Below are positions 7,312-16,825 of a DNA stretch of 26,623 nucleotides, in pieces. The translations under genes were made by a program, and so were the position numbers. The notes under the pieces were generated by a model that worked only from the letters and a program-made list of their open reading frames with translations, was not told where the DNA came from and made no database searches. Position 1 is the stretch's first letter, and each line of letters starts with the position of its first letter. Origin of the DNA: a virus (lineage: Duplodnaviria > Caudoviricetes); IMG/VR virus record IMGVR_UViG_3300037601_000048, positions 1-26,623 of that record. One strand, written 5' to 3'.

Positions 7312-8139
7312 ATGTCTTATACAAATTTTAGACCAAGAATTAGAAGTAGACATCCTTCTCATAATTCTTTAAGAAAAAACAAATTATTACCTTTATTACC
7401 TTTTAAATCAGTAATTAGATTTGGCTCTACTACTGATATGAAAGATACTATTACAAATGGAGGTAATAGAATTGAAATAAATACAATTGATTCAGTTAAA
7501 AATAGTAGTAATAAATTACTAATGAAAACTTGCTTTACTGAATTTAATATAAAAACAGCAGATTGGTGGAAAGCAGTAGATGTAAATGATATAAATGATT
7601 TACCTTATCCAGTAGTTACCAAACATTTATTTGGTAGTAGAGGAACAGGTAATAAAAAGCATGATAATGCAGAATCATTATCAAAATGGCTTGAAAATCA
7701 TGAAGATTTATCTAAGTACATTATAGAAAAATTCTATAATTACACTAGAGAATATAGATTACATGTTACTAAAAATGGATGTTTTTACACATGTAGAAAA
7801 ATGTTAAAAAGAGATACTCCAGAAGAGAAAAAATGGTATAGAAATGACGATAATTGTGTTTGGATTCTAGAAGAAAATGAAAATTTTGATAAGCCTGTAA
7901 ATTGGGTAAAAATTGAAGAAGAATCCGTTAAAGCATTAAAATCTGTAGGTTTAGATGTAGGAGCTGTAGATTTAAGAATTCAATCTGCTACTAATAAAAA
8001 AGGAGAAAAAAGAGAAGATCCTGATTTTATTATTGTAGAAATAAATTCAGCACCTAGTTTTGGAGATATTACACTAAATAAATATATAGAAGAATTACCT
8101 AAAATTTTATTAAATAAATATAATGAAAAAGAAGAATAG
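7312..8139 (+). CDS. ATP-grasp peptide ligase (RimK/YheCD-like, phiEco32 type)
   Basis: Motifs YPVVTK..GSRGTG, IEKF...EYRLHV, GLDVGAVD, IVEINSAP. Confidence 0.85.
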   Translation: MSYTNFRPRIRSRHPSHNSLRKNKLLPLLPFKSVIRFGSTTDMKDTITNGGNRIEINTIDSVKNSSNKLLMKTCFTEFNIKTADWWKAVDVNDINDLPYPVVTKHLFGSRGTGNKKHDNAESLSKWLENHEDLSKYIIEKFYNYTREYRLHVTKNGCFYTCRKMLKRDTPEEKKWYRNDDNCVWILEENENFDKPVNWVKIEEESVKALKSVGLDVGAVDLRIQSATNKKGEKREDPDFIIVEINSAPSFGDITLNKYIEELPKILLNKYNEKEE

Positions 8140-8896
8140 TATTACCATATTACATGATAATTATATTGACAATAATTATAAAGATTTTTTTACAAATTGT
8201 TTTCTTAATACTAATGTAGAATTTACAAGTTTGTCTGAATTTTTTAAAATGACAAAATCAGAAGATCCTGATAGAGAATATCATAATAGATTAGTAGAAA
8301 CAAAAAACTATGATATTGTATTATTTACAGGAGGAGCAGATGTAAACCCTTCTTTATATGATGATAAAATTGGACAATATACTCATATAAATAAAGAAAG
8401 AGATCAAGAAGAAATAAATCTTTATAATTTTTTACCTAAAAAAACATTAAAAATAGGTATTTGTAGAGGTTCACAATTTCTTACTGTAATGTCTAATGGT
8501 AAATTAATACAACATGTAGAAGGTCATGGGAGTTCTCATAAGATTGAATTTAAAACTAAAAAAGAAACTTATGTAGGAGGACAAGGGGTACAATTAATGG
8601 ATGAAATTAAACCATTAGTAATAACATCAACACATCATCAAATGATGTATCCTTATAATTTACGTGAAAATAATTATGAAATTATAGCTTGGTCTGAAAA
8701 ATTTTTAAGTAATGTTTATTTAAATGGAAATAATGAACAAATAAAAGTTCCTGAAAACTTTGTAGAACCTGAAATAGTTTTTTATAAAAACACCAATAGT
8801 TTGTGTATCCAAGGTCATCCAGAATATGGTAATTGTCCTGGTCAAACTGTTAAAATGATTTATGATTTAATTAAAGAAAAGTTATATGAAAAATAG
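8123..8896 (+). CDS. Class I glutamine amidotransferase (peptidase C26 / gamma-glutamyl hydrolase-like)
   Basis: FTGGADVNP, RD..E, GICRGSQ (catalytic Cys), STHHQ, QGHPE (His-Glu of the triad). Confidence 0.92.
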   Translation: MKKKNSITILHDNYIDNNYKDFFTNCFLNTNVEFTSLSEFFKMTKSEDPDREYHNRLVETKNYDIVLFTGGADVNPSLYDDKIGQYTHINKERDQEEINLYNFLPKKTLKIGICRGSQFLTVMSNGKLIQHVEGHGSSHKIEFKTKKETYVGGQGVQLMDEIKPLVITSTHHQMMYPYNLRENNYEIIAWSEKFLSNVYLNGNNEQIKVPENFVEPEIVFYKNTNSLCIQGHPEYGNCPGQTVKMIYDLIKEKLYEK

Positions 8897-9713
8897 AATA
8901 ACAAATTTTACAGTAGGTGCTGATCCAGAATTATTTTTAGAACAAAATGGTAAAATAGTATCTTCTGAAGGTATTATAGGTGGAAGTAAACATAAACCTA
9001 AACGAATTGATGGTTATGGTCGTTATGTTCAAGAAGATAACGTAATGGTTGAATTTAATATTCCTCCTTGTCAATCAAAAGAAGATTTTGTAAATGAAAT
9101 TAATGCTGTAAAAGATTGGTTACATGCATATGTTTCATTAAAAGGGTATAATTTAAATTATTCTTCATCTGCATTTTTAGATGAAAAATATTTAACAACA
9201 CCTCAAGCATTAGAGTTTGGTTGTGAACCAGATTATAATGTATATTTAAAAGATATAAATCAACCGCCTGATTCTACTAAAAATTTAAGATCATGTGGTG
9301 GTCATATCCATATTGGTTATAATGATCCAGATCAAGAAACTACTGAACATATAGTTTATGCAATGGATATTATGTTAGGTCTTGATTCTATTATTCTTGA
9401 TAATGATAGATTAAGAAGAACTATGTATGGTAAAGCAGGTTGTTTTAGATTCAAAGATTATGGTTTAGAATATAGAACTTTATCTAATTTTTGGATTAAA
9501 AATGATACATTGATTACTTGGGTATATGAAAGAGTTGAAAAAGCTATTAATTTAGTAAATTCAGGTCTTATGCCTAGTATCTTAAATTTATATGAAAATA
9601 ATATTAGAAAAGCTATTGATTCAGGTGATATTGAATTTTCAATAGAAGTTTATAATAGTATTTTAGAATTTATTGAAGTAAATAAAAAAGAAAAAATAAC
9701 AAAAACAGTATAA
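8886..9713 (+). CDS. Phage phiEco32-like COOH-NH2 ligase type 2
   Basis: Motifs GADPELF, QEDNVMVEFNI, FGCEPD, RSCGGHIHIG, RRTMYGKAG.FR, EYRTLSNFW. Confidence 0.9.
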   Translation: MKNRITNFTVGADPELFLEQNGKIVSSEGIIGGSKHKPKRIDGYGRYVQEDNVMVEFNIPPCQSKEDFVNEINAVKDWLHAYVSLKGYNLNYSSSAFLDEKYLTTPQALEFGCEPDYNVYLKDINQPPDSTKNLRSCGGHIHIGYNDPDQETTEHIVYAMDIMLGLDSIILDNDRLRRTMYGKAGCFRFKDYGLEYRTLSNFWIKNDTLITWVYERVEKAINLVNSGLMPSILNLYENNIRKAIDSGDIEFSIEVYNSILEFIEVNKKEKITKTV

Positions 9714-9716
9714 TAA

Positions 9717-11621
9717 ATGTGTGGAATTTTTGCATGGGCTGGTAGAAACCCAGCTACGTTTAATCCTTATAAATTTAATACTTTAGGGATAATGAATGAA
9801 GTAAGAGGTAAACACTCTTGCGGAGTAACTATTGATCAAGAAATTTATATTGGAGTAGATAATAATAAAGTATATAGAGACTTTGTAGCAAGTTCAGATC
9901 TACCTGTTCCTAAAAAATTTCCAAATGTTATAGGTCATACTAGACATGCTACTGGAGGAGCTCATAATATACATAATGCTCATCCTTTTGGTTTTGGAAA
10001 TTCTAAAAATAAGAATGATTATAAATTCATAGGTGTTCATAATGGAAGTTTAGTAAATCATGAAAACCTTGCTAAAAAAAGAAACATTCCGATAACAGTT
10101 AACTATACAAAACCTAATGATAATACTAAATATCATAGGGTGAAAATTGATAGTGAAATATTATTGGAATCTATTTATAAAGACGAAAATTTTAAAGTTT
10201 TAAGTGAGTATTCTGGTGCAGCAGCTTTAGTTTTTTATAAAACTAATGATCCTAATACAATTTATTGTTATCATGGTAAAAGTAAAATGTATAGACATGA
10301 TAATGAAATTGTAGAGGAAAGACCTTTATTCTATTATCAAGAAAGTAAATATTCAGTATATATTTCATCCATTAAAGAAAGTTTACAAATTATTGCAGGT
10401 GGAGCTGATAAAGAACACCTCATTAAATCTTTTGATTATAATACAGTGTATATTATAAAAAATGGAGATGTTAAATCTGCTGAAAAAATAAAGATAAGTA
10501 GAACAAAAAGATCTCAAAAATCAAATGATGATTATTATTTTGAAAATGAGACTAAAACTATTAAAAAGAATAATAGTGTTAGTAATTATCCTAAAAATAA
10601 TGATTATTATGATCAGATGGGTTATGAATTTGAAATGGAAGAAGCTTATTCTGGTTTAGGGTGTGGTGTAGCAAGATCTAGTCATATAAACTTAAATGAT
10701 GATGATTGTACACATAAAGTTATAAATATTTATAAAGAAGACGCATCATCTAAAATTAGAAATAGTGGAAAAGTGTATTATGAAAAATTAAGATATAAAT
10801 GTAAAAATAAATTAATAACAGGTTGTTATATATTTATTAAAAATTACGGATATTATTTTTTAGGTAATACAATTGAAAGTTCTAATCAAAATCTTGAAAT
10901 TTTATTTAATAAAAGATTCTTTAATGGTGATTTTATAACAAAAGAACAAATTAAAACTTTAATGAAATCTGATTCAAAAGAAAAAGAAGATTTTATTAAA
11001 AATTCTTTTGTACCATTTAAAAGAAGTGAAAATGATGGTGACTTGTTGCATTATATTTTTGAAGGAGTTAGAGTTAAAAATTATTTAGATTATTTAGCTT
11101 GTATAGATTCTAAAAAATCAGGAGCACCATTTGATTATATTTCATTATCAGCTTGTTCTTTATATCCAATTTGTGAAAATAAAGATTACAAAACTGTAAT
11201 GGAACAAAATATATTATTAGATAATAAACCTGCAAATGGTTGTTTTGTACCATTAGGTTCTTCAAAAATATATACTTTTGAGAATGGTAAATTATTAAGA
11301 AGTGAAAATATTATAGAAGATTCAAGTCAAACTGTAATACCTCTTAATGATTTAAACGAAGCATTAGATAAAGTAGAAGAAGAAGTTAAAGAAGAATTTA
11401 GTAATACTACAGATGAATCAGATGAGGTAAAGGAAACATGCGATTTATTAGAAAATAAATTAGATGAAATTTTTAAAGAACCTTTTTCTAAATTTCCTAT
11501 TTATATAAAAGAACTGGAAAAAAATTATTCACAATATGAAAGAGGTAAAAGAGCAATTTCTATATTATCTGATTTTGTAGATGATGTACATGAAACTATT
11601 AATATAGATATTAATCCTTAA
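9717..11621 (+). CDS. Class II (Ntn) glutamine amidotransferase with long C-terminal extension
   Basis: N-terminal MCGIF (nucleophile Cys), RGKHSCG, GHTRHAT, NAHPF, HNG, DSE, RPL. Confidence 0.92.
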   Translation: MCGIFAWAGRNPATFNPYKFNTLGIMNEVRGKHSCGVTIDQEIYIGVDNNKVYRDFVASSDLPVPKKFPNVIGHTRHATGGAHNIHNAHPFGFGNSKNKNDYKFIGVHNGSLVNHENLAKKRNIPITVNYTKPNDNTKYHRVKIDSEILLESIYKDENFKVLSEYSGAAALVFYKTNDPNTIYCYHGKSKMYRHDNEIVEERPLFYYQESKYSVYISSIKESLQIIAGGADKEHLIKSFDYNTVYIIKNGDVKSAEKIKISRTKRSQKSNDDYYFENETKTIKKNNSVSNYPKNNDYYDQMGYEFEMEEAYSGLGCGVARSSHINLNDDDCTHKVINIYKEDASSKIRNSGKVYYEKLRYKCKNKLITGCYIFIKNYGYYFLGNTIESSNQNLEILFNKRFFNGDFITKEQIKTLMKSDSKEKEDFIKNSFVPFKRSENDGDLLHYIFEGVRVKNYLDYLACIDSKKSGAPFDYISLSACSLYPICENKDYKTVMEQNILLDNKPANGCFVPLGSSKIYTFENGKLLRSENIIEDSSQTVIPLNDLNEALDKVEEEVKEEFSNTTDESDEVKETCDLLENKLDEIFKEPFSKFPIYIKELEKNYSQYERGKRAISILSDFVDDVHETINIDINP

Positions 11622-11632
11622 AAAATATTTTA

Positions 11633-13306
11633 ATGAGTAAAAAAGATGATTTAGTAACAGCAGTAGATGGTACATTACAACCTTCTTCTGATTGTAGAAA
11701 AATTAAAGGTGTTTATTATTTAATAGGAGATATTAATATAGAAAATTCAGGACATTGTTATTATATACCAGAAAGAGAAAAGTATTTTCGTTATGATACT
11801 GGTTATATTGCATACGACCATAATTTAAAACGTTATAATTTAAAATCAATGATAAATATTGAAAATGGTGTAGTAGGTATAAATGGTCAAGAAGTTATTT
11901 TTGGCTCTTTTTCTACTCCTGTATTTTATGAACATATTTACCTTAATTATAAAGGTAATTTATATCCTTGTTTAAACAGGGAAATATTTAAAGATTCTTT
12001 TTGGTATAAAGAAGATTTAGGTGAAGGTATTTATTATCATAGGCAAAATAGAAAAGTTTCTAATTTTTTTATACCTAAACCTTGTAATAATTCTTATAAA
12101 AATTCATTACAATATGATTGTAAAAATCAAATAAAGAATAGTGTTGATATTTATAATAAATTAAATGAAAACTTATTAGAAAATACACCTTATTCTAAAG
12201 TATTATCATATGGTGATTTTATAAAAGATTATACATTTGGTTTTGAATTTGAAACAATTAAAGGATCTATCCCTAAAGATATTAGTAACAAATTAGGACT
12301 AATTCCTGTAAGAGATGGAAGTATTAGTGGTTTAGAATATGTAACAATACCTTTATCTGGTAAAAAAGGTTTATGTAGTCTTGTTGATAGTGTAAATGAA
12401 TTAAAAAAAAGAACAGTTTATGATAGAAGTTGTTCTATTCATTTACATATAGGTGGTATTCCTAGAACAGAAGAATATATATTAGCTTTATTTAAAACAT
12501 TATGTCTTATTGAAGATAAAATGTTTGATTTATTTCCTATTTACAAAAAAGTAAATTACGGATTAAAACGTAAAGCTTATACTAAACCTTTTCCAATGAA
12601 TCAAACATTATGGTTAATGGATCCAAAAATTAATAAAGATAATATTAAATCTAATTTTAATATTTTATTTAATTATTTATCAATGGGTCATAACTATAGT
12701 GAATATGATTATGATTTAAATAATGTTAAAAGTCATCCATCTGATCCAGGTGGAAATGGTAAATGGCATATTAAAACCAGATATCATTGGGTTAATTTAA
12801 TACCATTATTATTTGGTAATAAGCAAACTATAGAATTTAGATTACATACTCCTACTTATGATATAAATAAAATTATGTCATATTTAATTATATGTGTATC
12901 TATTTTAGATTTTGTAGCAAAAAATCAAAATGCTTTATTATCTAATTTCAAAAACTTTGTAAATTTAAGTTTATTTGATGTTGTATATAATAATATTTCA
13001 TATTCTAGAGATTTACAACTTGACATTAGTACTTATCTTAATAACAGAAAAAATTATATATATAATTGTATAAAAAAAGGAGATTTAGAAGCAGATGAAG
13101 ATAATTTAGAATATAATTTTGATAAAACTATAGATTGGTCTTTTAATAAAAATGAAAAGATAGAAAATAAACCTTTAAGAAAAAAAGCAGCGCCTTTACA
13201 TTTTTATAATGGTGCTGGAAATATGGATATTCATGAGCAACTGTTGAATGCAATACAAGAGGATATACCTGAAGATGTATTTTTAGAACCCGATCCTAAT
13301 TTTTAA
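11633..13306 (+). CDS. Putative amidoligase (glutamine-synthetase-like COOH-NH2 ligase) with N-terminal extension
   Basis: Motifs FGFEFET, RDGSI, LEYVT, CSIHLH, RYHWVN, TIEFRLH. Confidence 0.88.
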   Translation: MSKKDDLVTAVDGTLQPSSDCRKIKGVYYLIGDINIENSGHCYYIPEREKYFRYDTGYIAYDHNLKRYNLKSMINIENGVVGINGQEVIFGSFSTPVFYEHIYLNYKGNLYPCLNREIFKDSFWYKEDLGEGIYYHRQNRKVSNFFIPKPCNNSYKNSLQYDCKNQIKNSVDIYNKLNENLLENTPYSKVLSYGDFIKDYTFGFEFETIKGSIPKDISNKLGLIPVRDGSISGLEYVTIPLSGKKGLCSLVDSVNELKKRTVYDRSCSIHLHIGGIPRTEEYILALFKTLCLIEDKMFDLFPIYKKVNYGLKRKAYTKPFPMNQTLWLMDPKINKDNIKSNFNILFNYLSMGHNYSEYDYDLNNVKSHPSDPGGNGKWHIKTRYHWVNLIPLLFGNKQTIEFRLHTPTYDINKIMSYLIICVSILDFVAKNQNALLSNFKNFVNLSLFDVVYNNISYSRDLQLDISTYLNNRKNYIYNCIKKGDLEADEDNLEYNFDKTIDWSFNKNEKIENKPLRKKAAPLHFYNGAGNMDIHEQLLNAIQEDIPEDVFLEPDPNF

Positions 13307-13317
13307 AAATTTAATTT

Positions 13318-14013
13318 ATGACTATTAGTAATGTATCTATTAACGTAGATTTTAATAAAAAATTTGGAAGATGGATGAATGTATTAAAAGAAGATATTTT
13401 TGAAAAAGAATTTTCTAGTCTTTTATTTGATATAGAAGAAGAATACAATAACTATATAGTATATCCTAATAAAGATGATATATTCAAAGCATTCCAATTA
13501 TGTGATCCTGATAATTTAAAAGTTGTAATTGTAGGTGATGAGCCTTTTTGCAATGGTAGATCTAATGGGTTAGCTTATGGTTCTAAAAATGACTTTGATA
13601 AAATGCATCCAGAAACTGAGTTAATTTTAAATTGTGTAGAAAAACAATTTTATGAAGGTTTTAATTTAACTAAAGATCCGACATTAAATGAATGGGCTCA
13701 ACAAGGTGTATTATTATTAAATAAATCTTTGACAGTAAGAGATAATTATCCAAAATCTCATGAACAATTATGGGATGATATGATGATTAATATTATACAA
13801 TCTATAGATTATTATTATCAAGGTATAATTTTTTTATTTTTAGGAGTACATGCTAAAAAACTTAGAAAACATATTAGTGAAGAATATAATTTAGCATTGG
13901 AGTATATTGCTCCTAAAACATCTATTGAAATGAATCTTAAATGGGATTGTCCTCATTTTAAACATATTAATAAATTGTTAACTAAAAATAAAAAAGTAGA
14001 AATAATTTGGTAA
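13318..14013 (+). CDS. Uracil-DNA glycosylase family 1-like protein with altered catalytic motifs
   Basis: YP..DIFKAF, LKVVIVGDEPF, GLAY, WAQQGVLLLN..LTV, SH..W, FLFLG and HF..IN match the UNG fold, but GQDPY and HPSP are changed. Confidence 0.85.
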   Translation: MTISNVSINVDFNKKFGRWMNVLKEDIFEKEFSSLLFDIEEEYNNYIVYPNKDDIFKAFQLCDPDNLKVVIVGDEPFCNGRSNGLAYGSKNDFDKMHPETELILNCVEKQFYEGFNLTKDPTLNEWAQQGVLLLNKSLTVRDNYPKSHEQLWDDMMINIIQSIDYYYQGIIFLFLGVHAKKLRKHISEEYNLALEYIAPKTSIEMNLKWDCPHFKHINKLLTKNKKVEIIW

Positions 14014-14048
14014 TAATAATAAATATTATAAACTTCTTTTAAAAAAAC

Positions 14049-14077
14049 TTGACTTTTGTGTAAAAATTTTGTATATT
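14049..14077 (+). promoter_or_regulatory. Sigma70-like promoter
   Basis: TTGACT (14049-14054), 17-nt spacer, TATATT (14072-14077), in a ~90-nt intergenic gap. Confidence 0.55.
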
Positions 14078-14104
14078 GTATATTTTTACATAAATATATA
14101 TAAT

Positions 14105-14527
14105 ATGATTTTTATAAAAGGGAACGTACCAAGTTCCAAAAATTCAAAAGTTAAGACATCTCGTGGAATATTTCATAGTAAAACTGTAAAAAAATATTTA
14201 AGATATTTAGGTATTATGAAGTATTCCACGAGTAAAAAAGAAGTAATTAATTATAAAACAATTCCTAATAATTTTCCTTATGAAGAATTGAAAAAAGAGT
14301 TTGAAAACAAAGAATATCCTATTAAAGTAGGGTTTCATTTTGTAAGAGGAACAAAACATAAATTTGATTTTCATAATGCAGTACAAATCATTGCTGATTT
14401 AATGGTTGCTTATGATATAATTGAAGATGATAATATGGATTGTTTTATACCAATAGCATTTAAAAAAAATAATAATTATTATACATATGATTCTGATAAT
14501 CCTGGTGTATATATAAAAGTGTATTAA
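14105..14527 (+). CDS. RusA-like Holliday junction resolvase / endonuclease
   Basis: Motifs GNVPSSKNS, FDFHNAVQIIADLM, IEDDN, PGVYI. Start placed at ATG 14105, downstream of the promoter. Confidence 0.7.
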   Translation: MIFIKGNVPSSKNSKVKTSRGIFHSKTVKKYLRYLGIMKYSTSKKEVINYKTIPNNFPYEELKKEFENKEYPIKVGFHFVRGTKHKFDFHNAVQIIADLMVAYDIIEDDNMDCFIPIAFKKNNNYYTYDSDNPGVYIKVY

Positions 14528-14529
14528 AT

Positions 14530-14790
14530 ATGAAAATTAAACTTAGTACAAAAAAAGAAATTAAATATCTAGCTTCTAATAGTTTAAATGAAAAACAATT
14601 TATTAAATTTGAAAATTTAATTAATAATGGTAAATTTAATCAAGCAAGATATTTTATATCTGATATTTTAGAATTAAAAGAAATTATATCAGAAACAATT
14701 GACAATGAGGTACTAACTATGGAGATTCAGTCTCTAAATAGATTAGAAGACATAATTATTAATGAATTAGAAATACATGATGCAAGATGA
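14530..14790 (+). CDS. Hypothetical protein
   Basis: 86-aa ORF tightly packed between its neighbours. Confidence 0.7.
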   Translation: MKIKLSTKKEIKYLASNSLNEKQFIKFENLINNGKFNQARYFISDILELKEIISETIDNEVLTMEIQSLNRLEDIIINELEIHDAR

Positions 14791-15823
14791 AGATTTAGAA
14801 GATTTAGATAAGTTATTTGGAAAAAATGAATTAGAATCGAATAGAATTTTAAGTTTTAGTAGATGCTCTGATTTTGATAGAAATGGACCTCAAGCTTTAA
14901 TAAAAAGGAAAAATACTGAAAGTAAAGCTTTAATGATAGGATCATTAGTAGATGATATGATAAATGAAAATATTAATATTAATGATATATATCATATTTT
15001 TAATGGAGCAAAACCAACAGCTACTTTAGGTAAATTAACTAATATAGTATTAGATATATATAAAAAAGTACCTACAGAAAAACAAGTATTAAAACTTGTA
15101 AAAAGTAATAATTTTTGGTCTAATATAACAGATGAAAATATATTAATTTCAAAATTTTCTAAACCACAATTTTGGAATTATTTAAATGATGTATTAGTTA
15201 AAGCTAAAGATAAAATATTAGTAACTACTCCTGATTATTTATTAGCAGAGGATCTTACTCATATATTAAAAACACATGATTTTAGTAAACATATTTTTAA
15301 TAGACCAGAACATATAAAAATATTTTATCAACAAAAATTTGAAATAACTTATAATGGCGTAAAGTTAAGAGGTATTATTGATATAGTTTTAGTAGATGAA
15401 AAAGAAAAAACTGTTACATTAATAGATCTTAAAACAGGTAAAGATAGTGGTTTAGAGTTTACAAATAGTTTTATTAAATATAGATATTATTTACAAGAAT
15501 GTATTTATATGAAATCATTTAAAAATATTTGTAAACAAATAGGTATAAATAGTAAAAGATATAAGTTACAACCTTTTAAATTTTTATACATTTCCAAATC
15601 TGAAAAAATACCTATAGAAATAGAAATACCAGAAAGGTGGCATAAAGCTGCTATACATGGTTTTAATACATCTTATGGATATTATTATAAAGGTTTAAAT
15701 CAAATCTTAGAAGATATTAAATGGCATTTAAATAACAAAGTGTTTGATATGCCAAGAGAAATGTATGAAACTAATGGTAACATAACTTTAAATGATAAAT
15801 TTATAAAATTAATGGATGAATAA
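14777..15823 (+). CDS. PD-(D/E)XK exonuclease (Cas4/RecB/ExoVIII-like)
   Basis: Motifs LSFSR, IGSLVD, LRGIIDIV, IDLKTG, YRYYLQ..IY. Confidence 0.82.
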   Translation: MMQDEDLEDLDKLFGKNELESNRILSFSRCSDFDRNGPQALIKRKNTESKALMIGSLVDDMINENININDIYHIFNGAKPTATLGKLTNIVLDIYKKVPTEKQVLKLVKSNNFWSNITDENILISKFSKPQFWNYLNDVLVKAKDKILVTTPDYLLAEDLTHILKTHDFSKHIFNRPEHIKIFYQQKFEITYNGVKLRGIIDIVLVDEKEKTVTLIDLKTGKDSGLEFTNSFIKYRYYLQECIYMKSFKNICKQIGINSKRYKLQPFKFLYISKSEKIPIEIEIPERWHKAAIHGFNTSYGYYYKGLNQILEDIKWHLNNKVFDMPREMYETNGNITLNDKFIKLMDE

Positions 15824-16409
15824 TATTAGATATAACAAATCTAAAACTTATTTATTACCATTATTATCAGAAAATATTTCACTAGATAAAAGATTTTACA
15901 AATATATAGAAAATACATATATATTTGATGATTTAGGGTTATATAAAAATTGTATATTTATAGAACATGATTATAAAAATACACAATTAAATATAACACG
16001 TTATGAAAATAATCTAATGGATAATGTATTTTTTAAAGATATTATCCAAATAGATGAAAGAAAAAAAATATTTGTATTTAACTTTCCTAAATTGTTTATG
16101 CATGAATACAAAATGTTCAAACAAGGTAAATATTCCTTGTATCAAAGAGATGCAAAACATATAATTATAGATTTTTATACAGAAATCTATTCAGGAAATA
16201 TAAATGCGGTTGAATTTTTAGTGAAATTAAAACAAGTGTTGTTTAAAGATAAAAAACTAAAAAAACAAATAGAAACCAGATTAAAAGTTATTTTAGACTA
16301 TGATGCAGAATTAACTGATATTATGGACGAAAATAATGAAACATATAAACTTAAAGAATTAATAGAAGAAACAGAAAAGAAAACATTTTATTCTGATGGG
16401 AGTGAGTAA
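15816..16409 (+). CDS. Hypothetical protein
   Basis: 197-aa ORF overlapping the nuclease stop; contains YLLPLL and F.QGKYS. Confidence 0.75.
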   Translation: MNNIRYNKSKTYLLPLLSENISLDKRFYKYIENTYIFDDLGLYKNCIFIEHDYKNTQLNITRYENNLMDNVFFKDIIQIDERKKIFVFNFPKLFMHEYKMFKQGKYSLYQRDAKHIIIDFYTEIYSGNINAVEFLVKLKQVLFKDKKLKKQIETRLKVILDYDAELTDIMDENNETYKLKELIEETEKKTFYSDGSE

Positions 16410-16430
16410 GTTTTTAAATAAAACGAATGT

Positions 16431-16823
16431 ATGATTGAATTGAATAAATTAGCATCTCAAATATATGAAGGAAATGCAGAAAAAGGATTTTGGGATGGAT
16501 CGTCAAGAGACGTAAAAGATAAAAATGAAGTAGCATTAAAATTAATGCTAATAGTATCTGAATTAGGTGAAGCAATGGAAGCTCACCGTAAAGGTAAATT
16601 TGCAAATACAGAAATGTATAAACATGATATGGAAGTATTTCCAACTAGTTTTACTGATAATTTTGTAGATAGAATAAAAGATAGCTTTGAAGATGAAATT
16701 GCAGATACTATAATTAGATTATTTGATATGGCTGGAGGTTTAAGTATAGATTTAGAATTCCACATTGAAAATAAATTAAGATATAATGCAACTAGACAAA
16801 AATTACACGGTAAAAAATATTAG
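16431..16823 (+). CDS. MazG-like NTP pyrophosphohydrolase
   Basis: Motifs KGFW, LIVSELGEAMEAHRK, EDEIADTIIRLFD, KLRYN..R...HGKKY. Confidence 0.88.
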   Translation: MIELNKLASQIYEGNAEKGFWDGSSRDVKDKNEVALKLMLIVSELGEAMEAHRKGKFANTEMYKHDMEVFPTSFTDNFVDRIKDSFEDEIADTIIRLFDMAGGLSIDLEFHIENKLRYNATRQKLHGKKY

Positions 16824-16825
16824 AA

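Noticed and set aside
7153-7362. Minus-strand 69-aa ORF
   Set aside because: Antisense to the GGCT and ATP-grasp genes.
14069-14104. TTG-start extension of the resolvase
   Set aside because: It overlaps the predicted -10 box; ATG 14105 is more plausible.
14777-15823. Cas4-like nuclease as a sign of CRISPR-Cas
   Set aside because: No array or other cas genes, and no Fe-S cysteine set; a stand-alone phage exonuclease.
16414-16765. Two minus-strand ORFs (76 and 60 aa)
   Set aside because: Antisense shadows of the MazG-like gene.
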